Source: Gammaproteobacteria bacterium (GTDB lineage: Bacteria > Pseudomonadota > Gammaproteobacteria > UBA4575). From it: DNA of 64,000 nt. Location of the stretch: contig JBGCDS010000009.1 in assembly GCA_045105615.1 (NCBI GenBank), positions 19,783-83,782 of the forward strand. Reading direction: 5' to 3'. The notes beneath the pieces are model-generated. The model worked only from the letters and a program-made list of their open reading frames with translations. It did not search any database and was not told the DNA's origin. The position numbers and the translations under genes were made by a program. Shown here piece after piece: positions 10,994 through 19,109 of this stretch (the stretch's first letter is position 1; each line of letters opens with the position of its first letter).

Positions 10994-12412
10994 ATGGATA
11001 AATCTAATTTTGATGTTGTTGTGATTGGTGCTGGTCCTGCAGGTTATGTGTGTGCAATACGTTGTGCGCAGTTAGGGTTGACTGTTGCCTGTGTCGATGC
11101 TTGGTCAGATAAAAATAAAAAGCCAAGTCCAGGAGGGACCTGTCTTAATGTTGGATGTATTCCATCGAAGGCTTTACTAGATTCTAGCCATCACTATTCA
11201 TTTTTAGTTGATCATGCTGCAGATCATGGAATTGCTACCGGACAGTGCGACATTGATGTGGCTAAAATGCTGCAAAGAAAGAACAAGATTGTTAAGACAT
11301 TAACAACAGGTGTGAAAGGGTTGTTAAAAAAGAACAAAGTAACTTTTGTGCATGGTAATGCTGCAATTAAATCAGCTAAAGAAGTGCATGTCGTAAATGG
11401 TGATGTTGATCAGATACTTATTGCTGAATCAATTGTCATCGCCACAGGTTCGAAACCATTTGAATTGGATTTCTTACCAATTGATCAAAAGCAGATAATG
11501 GACTCAACGGGTGCTTTAGAGCTTGCGCAGGTGCCGAAGCATTTAGGTGTCATAGGTGCAGGTGTAATCGGATTAGAAATGGCAAGTGTTTGGAGTCGGC
11601 TAGGGGCTAAGGTCACAATATGGGAAGCTGCGGAACAGTTTCTACCTACGGTAGATAAAGATATTGCAAAGCAGGCAGGTAAAATTATTTCATCCCAAGG
11701 AATCGATATACAACTCAATAGTAAAGTACAAGCAGCAGCGAAGAGTAAACAGTCTGTATCTGTCGCAGTATTAAATGCTGAGGGCGAGTCACAGGTAGAG
11801 GTGGATTGTTTATTAGTGGCGATCGGTCGTGTGGCAAATACTGAAAATCTAGGGCTCAATGATTTAGGTATTGCTCAGGATTCGCGAGGTTTTATAGAGG
11901 TTGATGCAAGGTGGAAAACAAGCATCGATGGCATATATGCTATTGGTGATGTGATTGGCGGTGCAATGTTGGCACACAAGGGTTCGGAAGAAGGTGTTGC
12001 GCTAGCTGAACAATTAGTCAATCAACATGGACATGTTAATTATGCCGCAATACCTTGGGTTATTTATACCTGGCCAGAAATTGCCTGGGTAGGAGAAACA
12101 GAACAGGCACTGCAATCTGATAATGTAGAATATAAAACTGGATCATTTCCATTTATGGCATTAGGACGTGCACGTGCCATGAGTGAAACTGAGGGAATGA
12201 TAAAATTCATTGCTGATGCAAAGACCGATAGACTTCTCAGTGTTCATATTATCGGTCCAAATGCTTCTGAATTGATTGCTGAAGGGGTGGTTGCTATTGA
12301 ATCTGAGTTAACTGCAGAAGATTTGGCGAGAACAATCCATGGGCATCCAACTTTATCTGAAGGAATGCATGAAGCTGCACTTGATGTAGATGGAAGAGCG
12401 ATACATTTCTAA
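10994..12412 (+). CDS. lpdA: Dihydrolipoamide dehydrogenase E3
   Basis: GAGPAG, GGTCLNVGCIPSK redox disulfide and HPTLSE motifs. Confidence 0.96.
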   Translation: MDKSNFDVVVIGAGPAGYVCAIRCAQLGLTVACVDAWSDKNKKPSPGGTCLNVGCIPSKALLDSSHHYSFLVDHAADHGIATGQCDIDVAKMLQRKNKIVKTLTTGVKGLLKKNKVTFVHGNAAIKSAKEVHVVNGDVDQILIAESIVIATGSKPFELDFLPIDQKQIMDSTGALELAQVPKHLGVIGAGVIGLEMASVWSRLGAKVTIWEAAEQFLPTVDKDIAKQAGKIISSQGIDIQLNSKVQAAAKSKQSVSVAVLNAEGESQVEVDCLLVAIGRVANTENLGLNDLGIAQDSRGFIEVDARWKTSIDGIYAIGDVIGGAMLAHKGSEEGVALAEQLVNQHGHVNYAAIPWVIYTWPEIAWVGETEQALQSDNVEYKTGSFPFMALGRARAMSETEGMIKFIADAKTDRLLSVHIIGPNASELIAEGVVAIESELTAEDLARTIHGHPTLSEGMHEAALDVDGRAIHF

Positions 12413-12458
12413 TCGTGCCTTTCTCTTGTTCAATCATGTTATTGATAAACAATTCATA

Positions 12459-13058
12459 ATGACTCTCAATCTGCACTTTGAAAGCAACTTTATTAAGTTG
12501 CCTTTGTTACTTATTTTTCTATCGCCTTTAATGATTGCTATTTGGCAATTTTATAACAATACATTAAGTGCAAATCCCATTGAAGAAATTACTCATATTA
12601 CTGGTGAGTGGGCATTACGGTTATTATTGATTACACTTGCCATAAGCCCAGCCCGAAAATTATTTAGAATGAATGGGCTAATCCATTTGCGCCGGCTATT
12701 CGGAGTTCTTAGCTTTTTCTATGTACTTTGTCATTTATTAATTTATGCTATTTTAGATCAATGGTTTGAGCTGTCAGCGATTATAGATGACATTAAAGAT
12801 CGCCCTTATATTTCGGTAGGTTTTGCTGCCTTTGTGCTTCTTGTGCCATTAGCTATTACCTCTACGGATGCAATGCAGAGAAAACTCCAGAGCAACTGGG
12901 TGAAACTGCATAAATTGATCTATGTGATTTCAATTCTTGCTATACTGCATTTCTGGTGGTTGGTGAAAGCAGACTTATTCGAGCCAATTATCTATGCTTC
13001 AATTCTTGCAATATTGCTCGGTTATCGTGTGTTTGCACGCGTCAACCCTGTTCAATAA
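12459..13058 (+). CDS. msrQ: Heme b membrane subunit of methionine sulfoxide reductase (YedZ/ferric reductase-like)
   Basis: ANPIE..TH.TG.WAL, RR.FG, LAITS and W.KLHKLIY...ILHF motifs. Start moved to ATG 12459 because the ORF-track start overlaps lpdA. Confidence 0.85.
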   Translation: MTLNLHFESNFIKLPLLLIFLSPLMIAIWQFYNNTLSANPIEEITHITGEWALRLLLITLAISPARKLFRMNGLIHLRRLFGVLSFFYVLCHLLIYAILDQWFELSAIIDDIKDRPYISVGFAAFVLLVPLAITSTDAMQRKLQSNWVKLHKLIYVISILAILHFWWLVKADLFEPIIYASILAILLGYRVFARVNPVQ

Positions 13059-13138
13059 TTAGTTATCACAAGGACCTGAGCATAGGTCTGCAATCATAAC
13101 TTTTTTATTCTTTATTTATCGTGAGACGAGTATTTCCT

Positions 13139-14503
13139 ATGAAGGAAAATTCTTTAGTATCTAATGATTTGGTGGAAAGAGATTTTGCACATGTATGGCA
13201 TCCATGCACGCAGATGAAAGATCATGAGCAATTCCCGATTATTCCTGTTGCCAGTGGCCAGGGAGTTTGGCTGGAAGATTTTGACGGCAATAAATATATC
13301 GATGCGATTAGTTCTTGGTGGGTGAATATTTTTGGTCATGCGAATAAGACTATTAGTGATGCAATATCACAGCAAGCGCAACAATTAGAACATGTATTAT
13401 TGGCTGGCTTTTCTCATCAGCCTATTATTCATCTGTCAGAACAACTTGTTGAGCTCACACCTGAGCCACTGCAAAAATGTTTTTATGCGGACAATGGGTC
13501 TTCAGCCGTCGAAGTATCCTTGAAGATGAGTTTTCATTATTGGAAAAATATTGGTAAGCCAAATAAAAAGAAATTTGTTACTTTGCAGAATTCTTATCAT
13601 GGTGAAACATTAGGTGCCATGTCTGTGAGTGATGTTGAGTTATATATAGATACTTATAAACCATTGCTATTGGATTCGTTCACAGTGCCCGTGGCAGATA
13701 GTTATAACATGGAGCCGGGCGAACAGACTGATGAATATGTGTTGCGCATGTTTGCACATATGGAAAAGACATTAAGAGAACATCATGAGGAAATTAGTGC
13801 CGTTATAGTTGAACCATTAGTACAATGTGCTGGTTCCATGCGTATGTATGATGCTAGATATTTAACTCTGCTACGAGCGGCCTGTGATAAATATGATGTT
13901 CATCTGATCGCTGATGAAATTGCAGTTGGTTTTGGTCGTACTGGAACTATGTTTGCTTGTGAGCAGGCTGATATATCGCCAGATTTCATGTGTTTGTCTA
14001 AAGGTTTGACAGGTGGTTATTTGCCATTATCGGCAGTGCTAACAACTAACAAGGTATACGATGCTTTTTATGATGATTATGAGTCAATGCGAGCCTTTCT
14101 ACACTCGCATTCATATACGGGTAACCCGCTAGCCTGTGCTGCAGCTTTAGCAACGTTAAGTATTTTTCATAACAACGATACTATTCAAAGAAATCAAGGA
14201 TTGATTCAGCGCATCAAAGAAAATGGACAGCGCTTTGATGACCATCCTAATATAGCGCAGGTGCGCCAAACAGGAATGATTTTTGCGATAGAAATGGTGA
14301 AGGACAAAGTTACGAAAACTCCTTATCCATGGCAGCAACGTCGAGGCTTGAAAGCTTATAAACACGCGCTTAAAAACCATATACTGCTGAGACCATTAGG
14401 GAACGTTTTGTATTTTATGCCGCCTTATGTAATAGATTATGAGCAGATTGATTTAGTGATGGAAGTAATGGAAGAAGCTGTCAATGTCGCTGTAGAAGAT
14501 TAA
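13139..14503 (+). CDS. bioA: Adenosylmethionine-8-amino-7-oxononanoate aminotransferase
   Basis: WHPCTQM, DAISSWW, DEIAVGFGRTG, SKGLTGGY and HSHSYTGNP motifs. ATG 13139 preferred over GTG 13121. Confidence 0.95.
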   Translation: MKENSLVSNDLVERDFAHVWHPCTQMKDHEQFPIIPVASGQGVWLEDFDGNKYIDAISSWWVNIFGHANKTISDAISQQAQQLEHVLLAGFSHQPIIHLSEQLVELTPEPLQKCFYADNGSSAVEVSLKMSFHYWKNIGKPNKKKFVTLQNSYHGETLGAMSVSDVELYIDTYKPLLLDSFTVPVADSYNMEPGEQTDEYVLRMFAHMEKTLREHHEEISAVIVEPLVQCAGSMRMYDARYLTLLRAACDKYDVHLIADEIAVGFGRTGTMFACEQADISPDFMCLSKGLTGGYLPLSAVLTTNKVYDAFYDDYESMRAFLHSHSYTGNPLACAAALATLSIFHNNDTIQRNQGLIQRIKENGQRFDDHPNIAQVRQTGMIFAIEMVKDKVTKTPYPWQQRRGLKAYKHALKNHILLRPLGNVLYFMPPYVIDYEQIDLVMEVMEEAVNVAVED

Positions 14504-14522
14504 ATATATAGAGAACAAAAAA

Positions 14523-15449
14523 ATGCGAATATCACAAATATTATGCCTTGTTTTAGTGCTGTTAATAGAGGCAGCAGCTGCCGAGACCTATTACTATCAT
14601 TCAGGTGAAGATGTGATTGGCAATATTGCAATTCATACGATCCAAGATGGAGATAATTTTTTACAATTGGCGCAAACATTTCGCGTTGGATTTAATGAGC
14701 TAGTAGATGCAAACCCTGATGTTGATCCATGGATTCCTGCGCAGGATGCACAAATTATTATTCCTACACAATATGTTTTGCCAAATGTCGATAGGGAGGG
14801 TGTGGTGATCAATCTTGCAGAATTGAGATTGTATCAATTCCATGGAACTGAAAATAACATTTCAAGTGTCTCTACTTATCCAGTCAGTGTCGGTAAAGAT
14901 GATGAATGGGAAACACCGCTTAGCTTTACTCGTATCACTTCAAAAACAGCTAAACCAAACTGGTATCCTCCTGCATCAATACGAAAAGAACATGAAGAAA
15001 ATAATGACCCACTTCCTGAAGTCGTGCCTCCTGGCCCAGATAATCCGTTAGGGGATTATAAGATTGGGTTAGCGTTATCTGGTTATCTTATACATGGTAC
15101 TAATGTCCCCGAAGGTATTGGTATGCGTGTGACTCATGGTTGTATTCGTTTGCACCCCACAGGAATCGAAAAACTATTTAAAAGTGTTGAAGTAAATACC
15201 CCCGTGACTATTGTTAACCAACCTTACAAAGTTGGTTGGCGTGATAATAAACTTTATGTTGAAACTCATTCAGAAATTGAAGAGCAAGAAAAAGCGTCTT
15301 CTAGAAATCTGACCGAGTTTGTTCAATTAGTCGTTGCGCAGACTAAGGAAAAAGAAAAGGAAAACTATAAGATATTGTGGGAGAGGGGATATCAGGAGGC
15401 GAGACAAAAGCGTGGTGTGCCTTTTTTAATGTCTCTTAGAGGGGAATGA
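14523..15449 (+). CDS. L,D-transpeptidase (ErfK/YbiS/YcfS/YnhG family) with LysM-like N-terminus
   Basis: Signal peptide; ANPDVDPWIP, INLAELRLY, PGPDNPLG; catalytic IHGT...GMRVTHGCIR. Confidence 0.93.
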   Translation: MRISQILCLVLVLLIEAAAAETYYYHSGEDVIGNIAIHTIQDGDNFLQLAQTFRVGFNELVDANPDVDPWIPAQDAQIIIPTQYVLPNVDREGVVINLAELRLYQFHGTENNISSVSTYPVSVGKDDEWETPLSFTRITSKTAKPNWYPPASIRKEHEENNDPLPEVVPPGPDNPLGDYKIGLALSGYLIHGTNVPEGIGMRVTHGCIRLHPTGIEKLFKSVEVNTPVTIVNQPYKVGWRDNKLYVETHSEIEEQEKASSRNLTEFVQLVVAQTKEKEKENYKILWERGYQEARQKRGVPFLMSLRGE

Positions 15450-15473
15450 TTGAGGTTGAAAAAATTTAGTTAA

Positions 15474-15502
15474 AAAAAAGCCCCTTTGAGAGGGGCTTTT
15501 TT
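15474..15502. terminator. Bidirectional rho-independent terminator
   Basis: aaaaaagcccct-ttgag-aggggctttttt, between the convergent LD-transpeptidase and lipoprotein genes. Confidence 0.9.
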
Positions 15503-15523
15503 ATTGTTATATCGATTCTGAAA

Positions 15524-15844
15524 TTACTTGCCTTTCATTGAATCGTGAAACATAACGTTCATGCGACGTGAGTTTGCATCACAGCATGCTTGTGCAGCAG
15601 TAGAAGCTTCTAAAGCAGCGTCAGCTGATTCTTGAGCAGCTAGTGCCATGTCTTTAGCAGTTGCAGCATTGAACGCAGCAGTGTTAGCTGTGCGAAGAGC
15701 TTCATTTGCAATTTCACGCACTTCTGCTAATGGATCTACAGCAGCTGCTTCTTCTTGTGGACTTGATAAAGTACAGCCAGCAGAGAATGCTACAGTACCA
15801 GCGATAGCGAGAGCTTGAAGAGATTTCAATAACTTGTCTTGCAT
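15524..15844 (-). CDS. Lpp/OprI-like alanine-zipper outer-membrane lipoprotein
   Basis: Lipobox SAGC; Ala-rich coiled coil; ends in ...MFHDSMKGK with a C-terminal Lys. Confidence 0.8.
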   Translation of the reverse strand: MQDKLLKSLQALAIAGTVAFSAGCTLSSPQEEAAAVDPLAEVREIANEALRTANTAAFNAATAKDMALAAQESADAALEASTAAQACCDANSRRMNVMFHDSMKGK

Positions 15845-16256
15845 TTTTTATAACTCCGAAGTTTTTTAAATAAATATATATATAGTATTTTAGTTGTTAC
15901 AACAAAATATCAAAGGTAGGTTCAAGTTCGCGTAAGCTAATGTTTATGCGTAAATTCTGCTACTTCGATACATCCTGCCTATTTTAAGTAAAAATGTCAC
16001 AGATACCAAGGTTTAATCTCAATCGAGTACTTTCTTCCGATGATCGTGATAATTAACCGCTTGTTTGTTGGTTATTTGTGCAATATTGTCTGGAATATAT
16101 ACTATTTAACATAATCTCCAGTTGAGAATCGAAGGTGTGGCTACTGGATACGTGAAGTGGTCGAATATTATTACAATTCATCCTGTAAACACTTCTGTTT
16201 GCTGTATATTTTGATAAAGTATCTCAAATTAAATTTCAAACATATTCGAATCAGCT

Positions 16257-16589
16257 ATGTCAGCAAGAAAAAATATGGAGCGACGTCTTAGTGTTAGGCG
16301 TCCAACATCAGAAAACGTCTACTTATATTGTAAGCAGCTCGAATTAGAACGTTGCAAACCAAGTAATATTAGTTCTCGTGGTGTGTTTATAGATTTTGTT
16401 CCAAAACGTGCCTATGTTGGTAGACGTATACAATTGGTGTTTGTCATTGATCGTGGTCGTACAGCTAAAATGATCCGTGTATTTGCAGTCATTGCCCATA
16501 TTTCTTCTGGTGGGATGGGATTTGGGTTTATCGGTAAACATATACCAAGTAAACGAGGGGACGGGCTTCCTAAAAGATTGTCACCATAG
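16257..16589 (+). CDS. Stand-alone PilZ-domain protein (likely c-di-GMP receptor)
   Basis: ERRLSVR (RxxxR) and NISSRG (D/NxSxxG) motifs; C-terminal GMGFGF strand. Confidence 0.8.
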   Translation: MSARKNMERRLSVRRPTSENVYLYCKQLELERCKPSNISSRGVFIDFVPKRAYVGRRIQLVFVIDRGRTAKMIRVFAVIAHISSGGMGFGFIGKHIPSKRGDGLPKRLSP

Positions 16590-16668
16590 TTTAGGCCGAG
16601 CAAAGCTCGACAGCAGTTAGCGCTGTTATCTAGAAAATTGTTTAAAGTTAGCTTCTATCTTCTTGGTT

Positions 16669-16746
16669 TTAATGCCAGCGTAAAAATACGCCAACACTAA
16701 TGACAAGCACTAACAATGCAATAATTAGGTTGATGGTTATGGGCAT
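16669..16746 (-). CDS. Candidate 25-aa single-TM peptide (not in ORF track)
   Basis: MPITINLIIALLVLVISVGVFLRWH*; a hydrophobic run fills the ORF; no clear RBS. Confidence 0.3.
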   Translation of the reverse strand: MPITINLIIALLVLVISVGVFLRWH

Positions 16747-17029
16747 AATGAATCGCTTTTATTATTATTGTTTTTCCTGCAACTTTATTTACTTTATGCG
16801 CTAATTTTTGTTAACGCAAGTAATCATCTATTATTTTTTTATTAGTTTTATCGTGTTTTTATGACGCTTTAATGGCAGTGATAATATTATAGTTATGATG
16901 TTGTATTTATTTTTAATAAAGCTATAAGTGACGTCAATTACTTTGTTTTATGTGTTGGAGTTTATCGCTAATAACATGCATAGTATTATTGCTTGCGTAT
17001 GATGATATTTATAGCTGTTAAGGAATGAG

Positions 17030-17455
17030 ATGGGACGATTTGTGTCAGTGCATAAAGCTGCTACCTTAGTGGGAATACCAGCGCGTGATTTACAGTTAGA
17101 AATCGATGCTGGACAGTTACCCTGTGTAAGAGGGATGGTGCATATTGATGACTTAACTGAATTACATCCTAATGTTAGCTCTGATGATGCAGATATGGTG
17201 AGATGGGTTAATAAAATTAAAGATAGCTCTCTCCAACATGCGACGGAAAAACTTCCTCATGAGTTAACAAAAAGTGAGTTGCGGCAAATGTTAACTAAAG
17301 CAAATAAGCAATTGTCTTATCAGCGCGATAAAATAGAAGGTTATGAACATTTGATTCATGAACTTCGTTATAGCTTACAAATGTTGAAAGAGAAATCACA
17401 AGAACCTAACAAGATACAAAGCCTAATTGCTTGGCTGGATAAGAAATCACACTAA
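17030..17455 (+). CDS. Hypothetical protein with N-terminal excisionase/MerR-like HTH and C-terminal coiled coil
   Basis: VSVHKAATLVGIP..DLQ..ID.G.L pattern resembles a Xis-type HTH; AAGGA RBS. Confidence 0.6.
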   Translation: MGRFVSVHKAATLVGIPARDLQLEIDAGQLPCVRGMVHIDDLTELHPNVSSDDADMVRWVNKIKDSSLQHATEKLPHELTKSELRQMLTKANKQLSYQRDKIEGYEHLIHELRYSLQMLKEKSQEPNKIQSLIAWLDKKSH

Positions 17456-17528
17456 AATTCTTGATTTTGGATGAGCGCGATGGTTTTCTCGTAGTATCGT
17501 TAGAGCTTCTAATTTTATATTACATAAT

Positions 17529-17876
17529 TTAACCGGGTGGCCAGTTTAAATCTCGTCCAGCAATAATATGTATGTGTAAGTGAAATACTGTTTGTCCTGC
17601 TGCTTCTCCATTGTTGATAACAATTCTAAATGCATCTGCATAACCCTGTTGCTCGGCTATTAGTGGTGCGGTCAACATTAAATGACCTAGCAATAATTGC
17701 TCTTGTTTAGAGCCGTCAGAGAGTTTGCCAAGAACCTGCTTTGGAACTAGTAGAGCATGTAATGGGGCTTGCGGGTTAATGTCTCTGAATGCAATACACA
17801 GGTCATCTTCGTAGATGATTTCAGCAGGGATTTCCCGATTAATGATTTTTGTAAAAAGAGTGTTTTTATTGTCCAT
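17529..17876 (-). CDS. hinT: Histidine triad nucleotide-binding protein (HINT)
   Basis: FTKIINREIPA, AFRDINPQAP, HLHIH triad and WPPG C-terminus. Confidence 0.93.
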   Translation of the reverse strand: MDNKNTLFTKIINREIPAEIIYEDDLCIAFRDINPQAPLHALLVPKQVLGKLSDGSKQEQLLLGHLMLTAPLIAEQQGYADAFRIVINNGEAAGQTVFHLHIHIIAGRDLNWPPG

Positions 17877-17912
17877 GCTTTATATCTTTTTCGCTAATAA
17901 GATATAAAGCAT
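17875..17912. repeat. Perfect 14-bp inverted repeat overlapping the hinT start region
   Basis: atgctttatatctt (17875-17888) and aagatataaagcat (17899-17912), 10-nt spacer. Confidence 0.85.
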
Positions 17913-17971
17913 AGCAATTCCTAGCTGCTACTGAATAGAACTTTTATGATATTTAACTAGGGGTAGTTGTA

Positions 17972-18490
17972 TTAATCAAGTTTGATTCTTAATGCGAAAC
18001 CAAATGCATCGTCTTCTACTTCACCGATTTCTGGAAGGTAATGTATTTTTAAAGTGTATCTATCTTTAGTGAAAAATAGATATGGAATTAATGCGGGTCT
18101 AGGTTCTTGACCGTCATCATACCCGGTGATTAATCCACCAATTGCGCCTAAACCTACCCATTCTACATCGCCAAAAGTAAATTCTTTGCCTGCACCAGCA
18201 TAGAAGCTATCTCTATATAAACTGTTCCAAAAGTAACCACCTGCAATGAAGAAAGAATCATAATGATATTCTAAACCGATACCGCGATTAAATTGATTGT
18301 ATTCACTCGCATTTCCAGGGTGGTATGACGCAAGATTAATCTGAACAGCGAAATTATCTAGTCTGCCGTCAAATAAGCCTTCTTGTTTGGTTTTGTATTG
18401 ATCTTTTTCTTTGGCTACGTAGATATCATCATCAGCGAATAACGATGTGGTTGTGAGTAACAATAGAGAGACTAATGCATGACGTAGCAT
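17972..18490 (-). CDS. Exported small beta-barrel protein, PagP-like pattern
   Basis: Signal peptide; N.GIGLEY, GYFWNS...SFYAG and GLITGY amphipathic strands. Confidence 0.6.
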   Translation of the reverse strand: MLRHALVSLLLLTTTSLFADDDIYVAKEKDQYKTKQEGLFDGRLDNFAVQINLASYHPGNASEYNQFNRGIGLEYHYDSFFIAGGYFWNSLYRDSFYAGAGKEFTFGDVEWVGLGAIGGLITGYDDGQEPRPALIPYLFFTKDRYTLKIHYLPEIGEVEDDAFGFALRIKLD

Positions 18491-18759
18491 GATTGGGTAA
18501 TCCTTTTTTGGTTATATGGCTGACTTTAGTGAAGATGTATAAATTGTGTATGTATTTGTACATAAATCTTAATGAAATTAAATTTAACTCCGATGACTGG
18601 TGTGGGAATTAAGACAAATTCATTGGCCAGAATATTGGCATTATTTTAAACAATTTAGTGAGTTAGTAGTATTGCTATGAGCGGTGACTTTGAGACTTAA
18701 AGAAGCATTTTGTTTGTTTTTTGTCCAACTCTAATGGTAAGAAGCTCAACTGTTAGGCC

Positions 18760-19020
18760 TTAGAGAACATGTGAATTGAGTTTAATCAGCTTTTCTTTTA
18801 ACGCGATGCGTAATCTTTCTTGATAAGTATCTTTAAAAGAAGGAATTTGAGTAATAGTATTTACTGCCCAATCAACGCCACCTATCGAAACTAAATCTGA
18901 AACGATTTTTGTTGTTTCACGTTCAATTCTTGCTTGTTCAAAGTTTGTATATACTGTGCCCATATATAGAATCCAAGTGTTAGTGCGGTTACTTATAGTT
19001 ATCGGTAGAACTGAATACAC
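18760..19020 (-). CDS. Hypothetical protein (start uncertain, possibly ATG 18963)
   Basis: ORF fills an intergenic gap; no motif recognised. Confidence 0.35.
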   Translation of the reverse strand: MYSVLPITISNRTNTWILYMGTVYTNFEQARIERETTKIVSDLVSIGGVDWAVNTITQIPSFKDTYQERLRIALKEKLIKLNSHVL

Positions 19021-19109
19021 TATTAGGCTGATCTATTCGTTTAGTCGTTATTTTTTACCATTGATCGTGTTAGCTAGTGGATATTTAAAGAGATTAAGGA
19101 AATTTTCTA

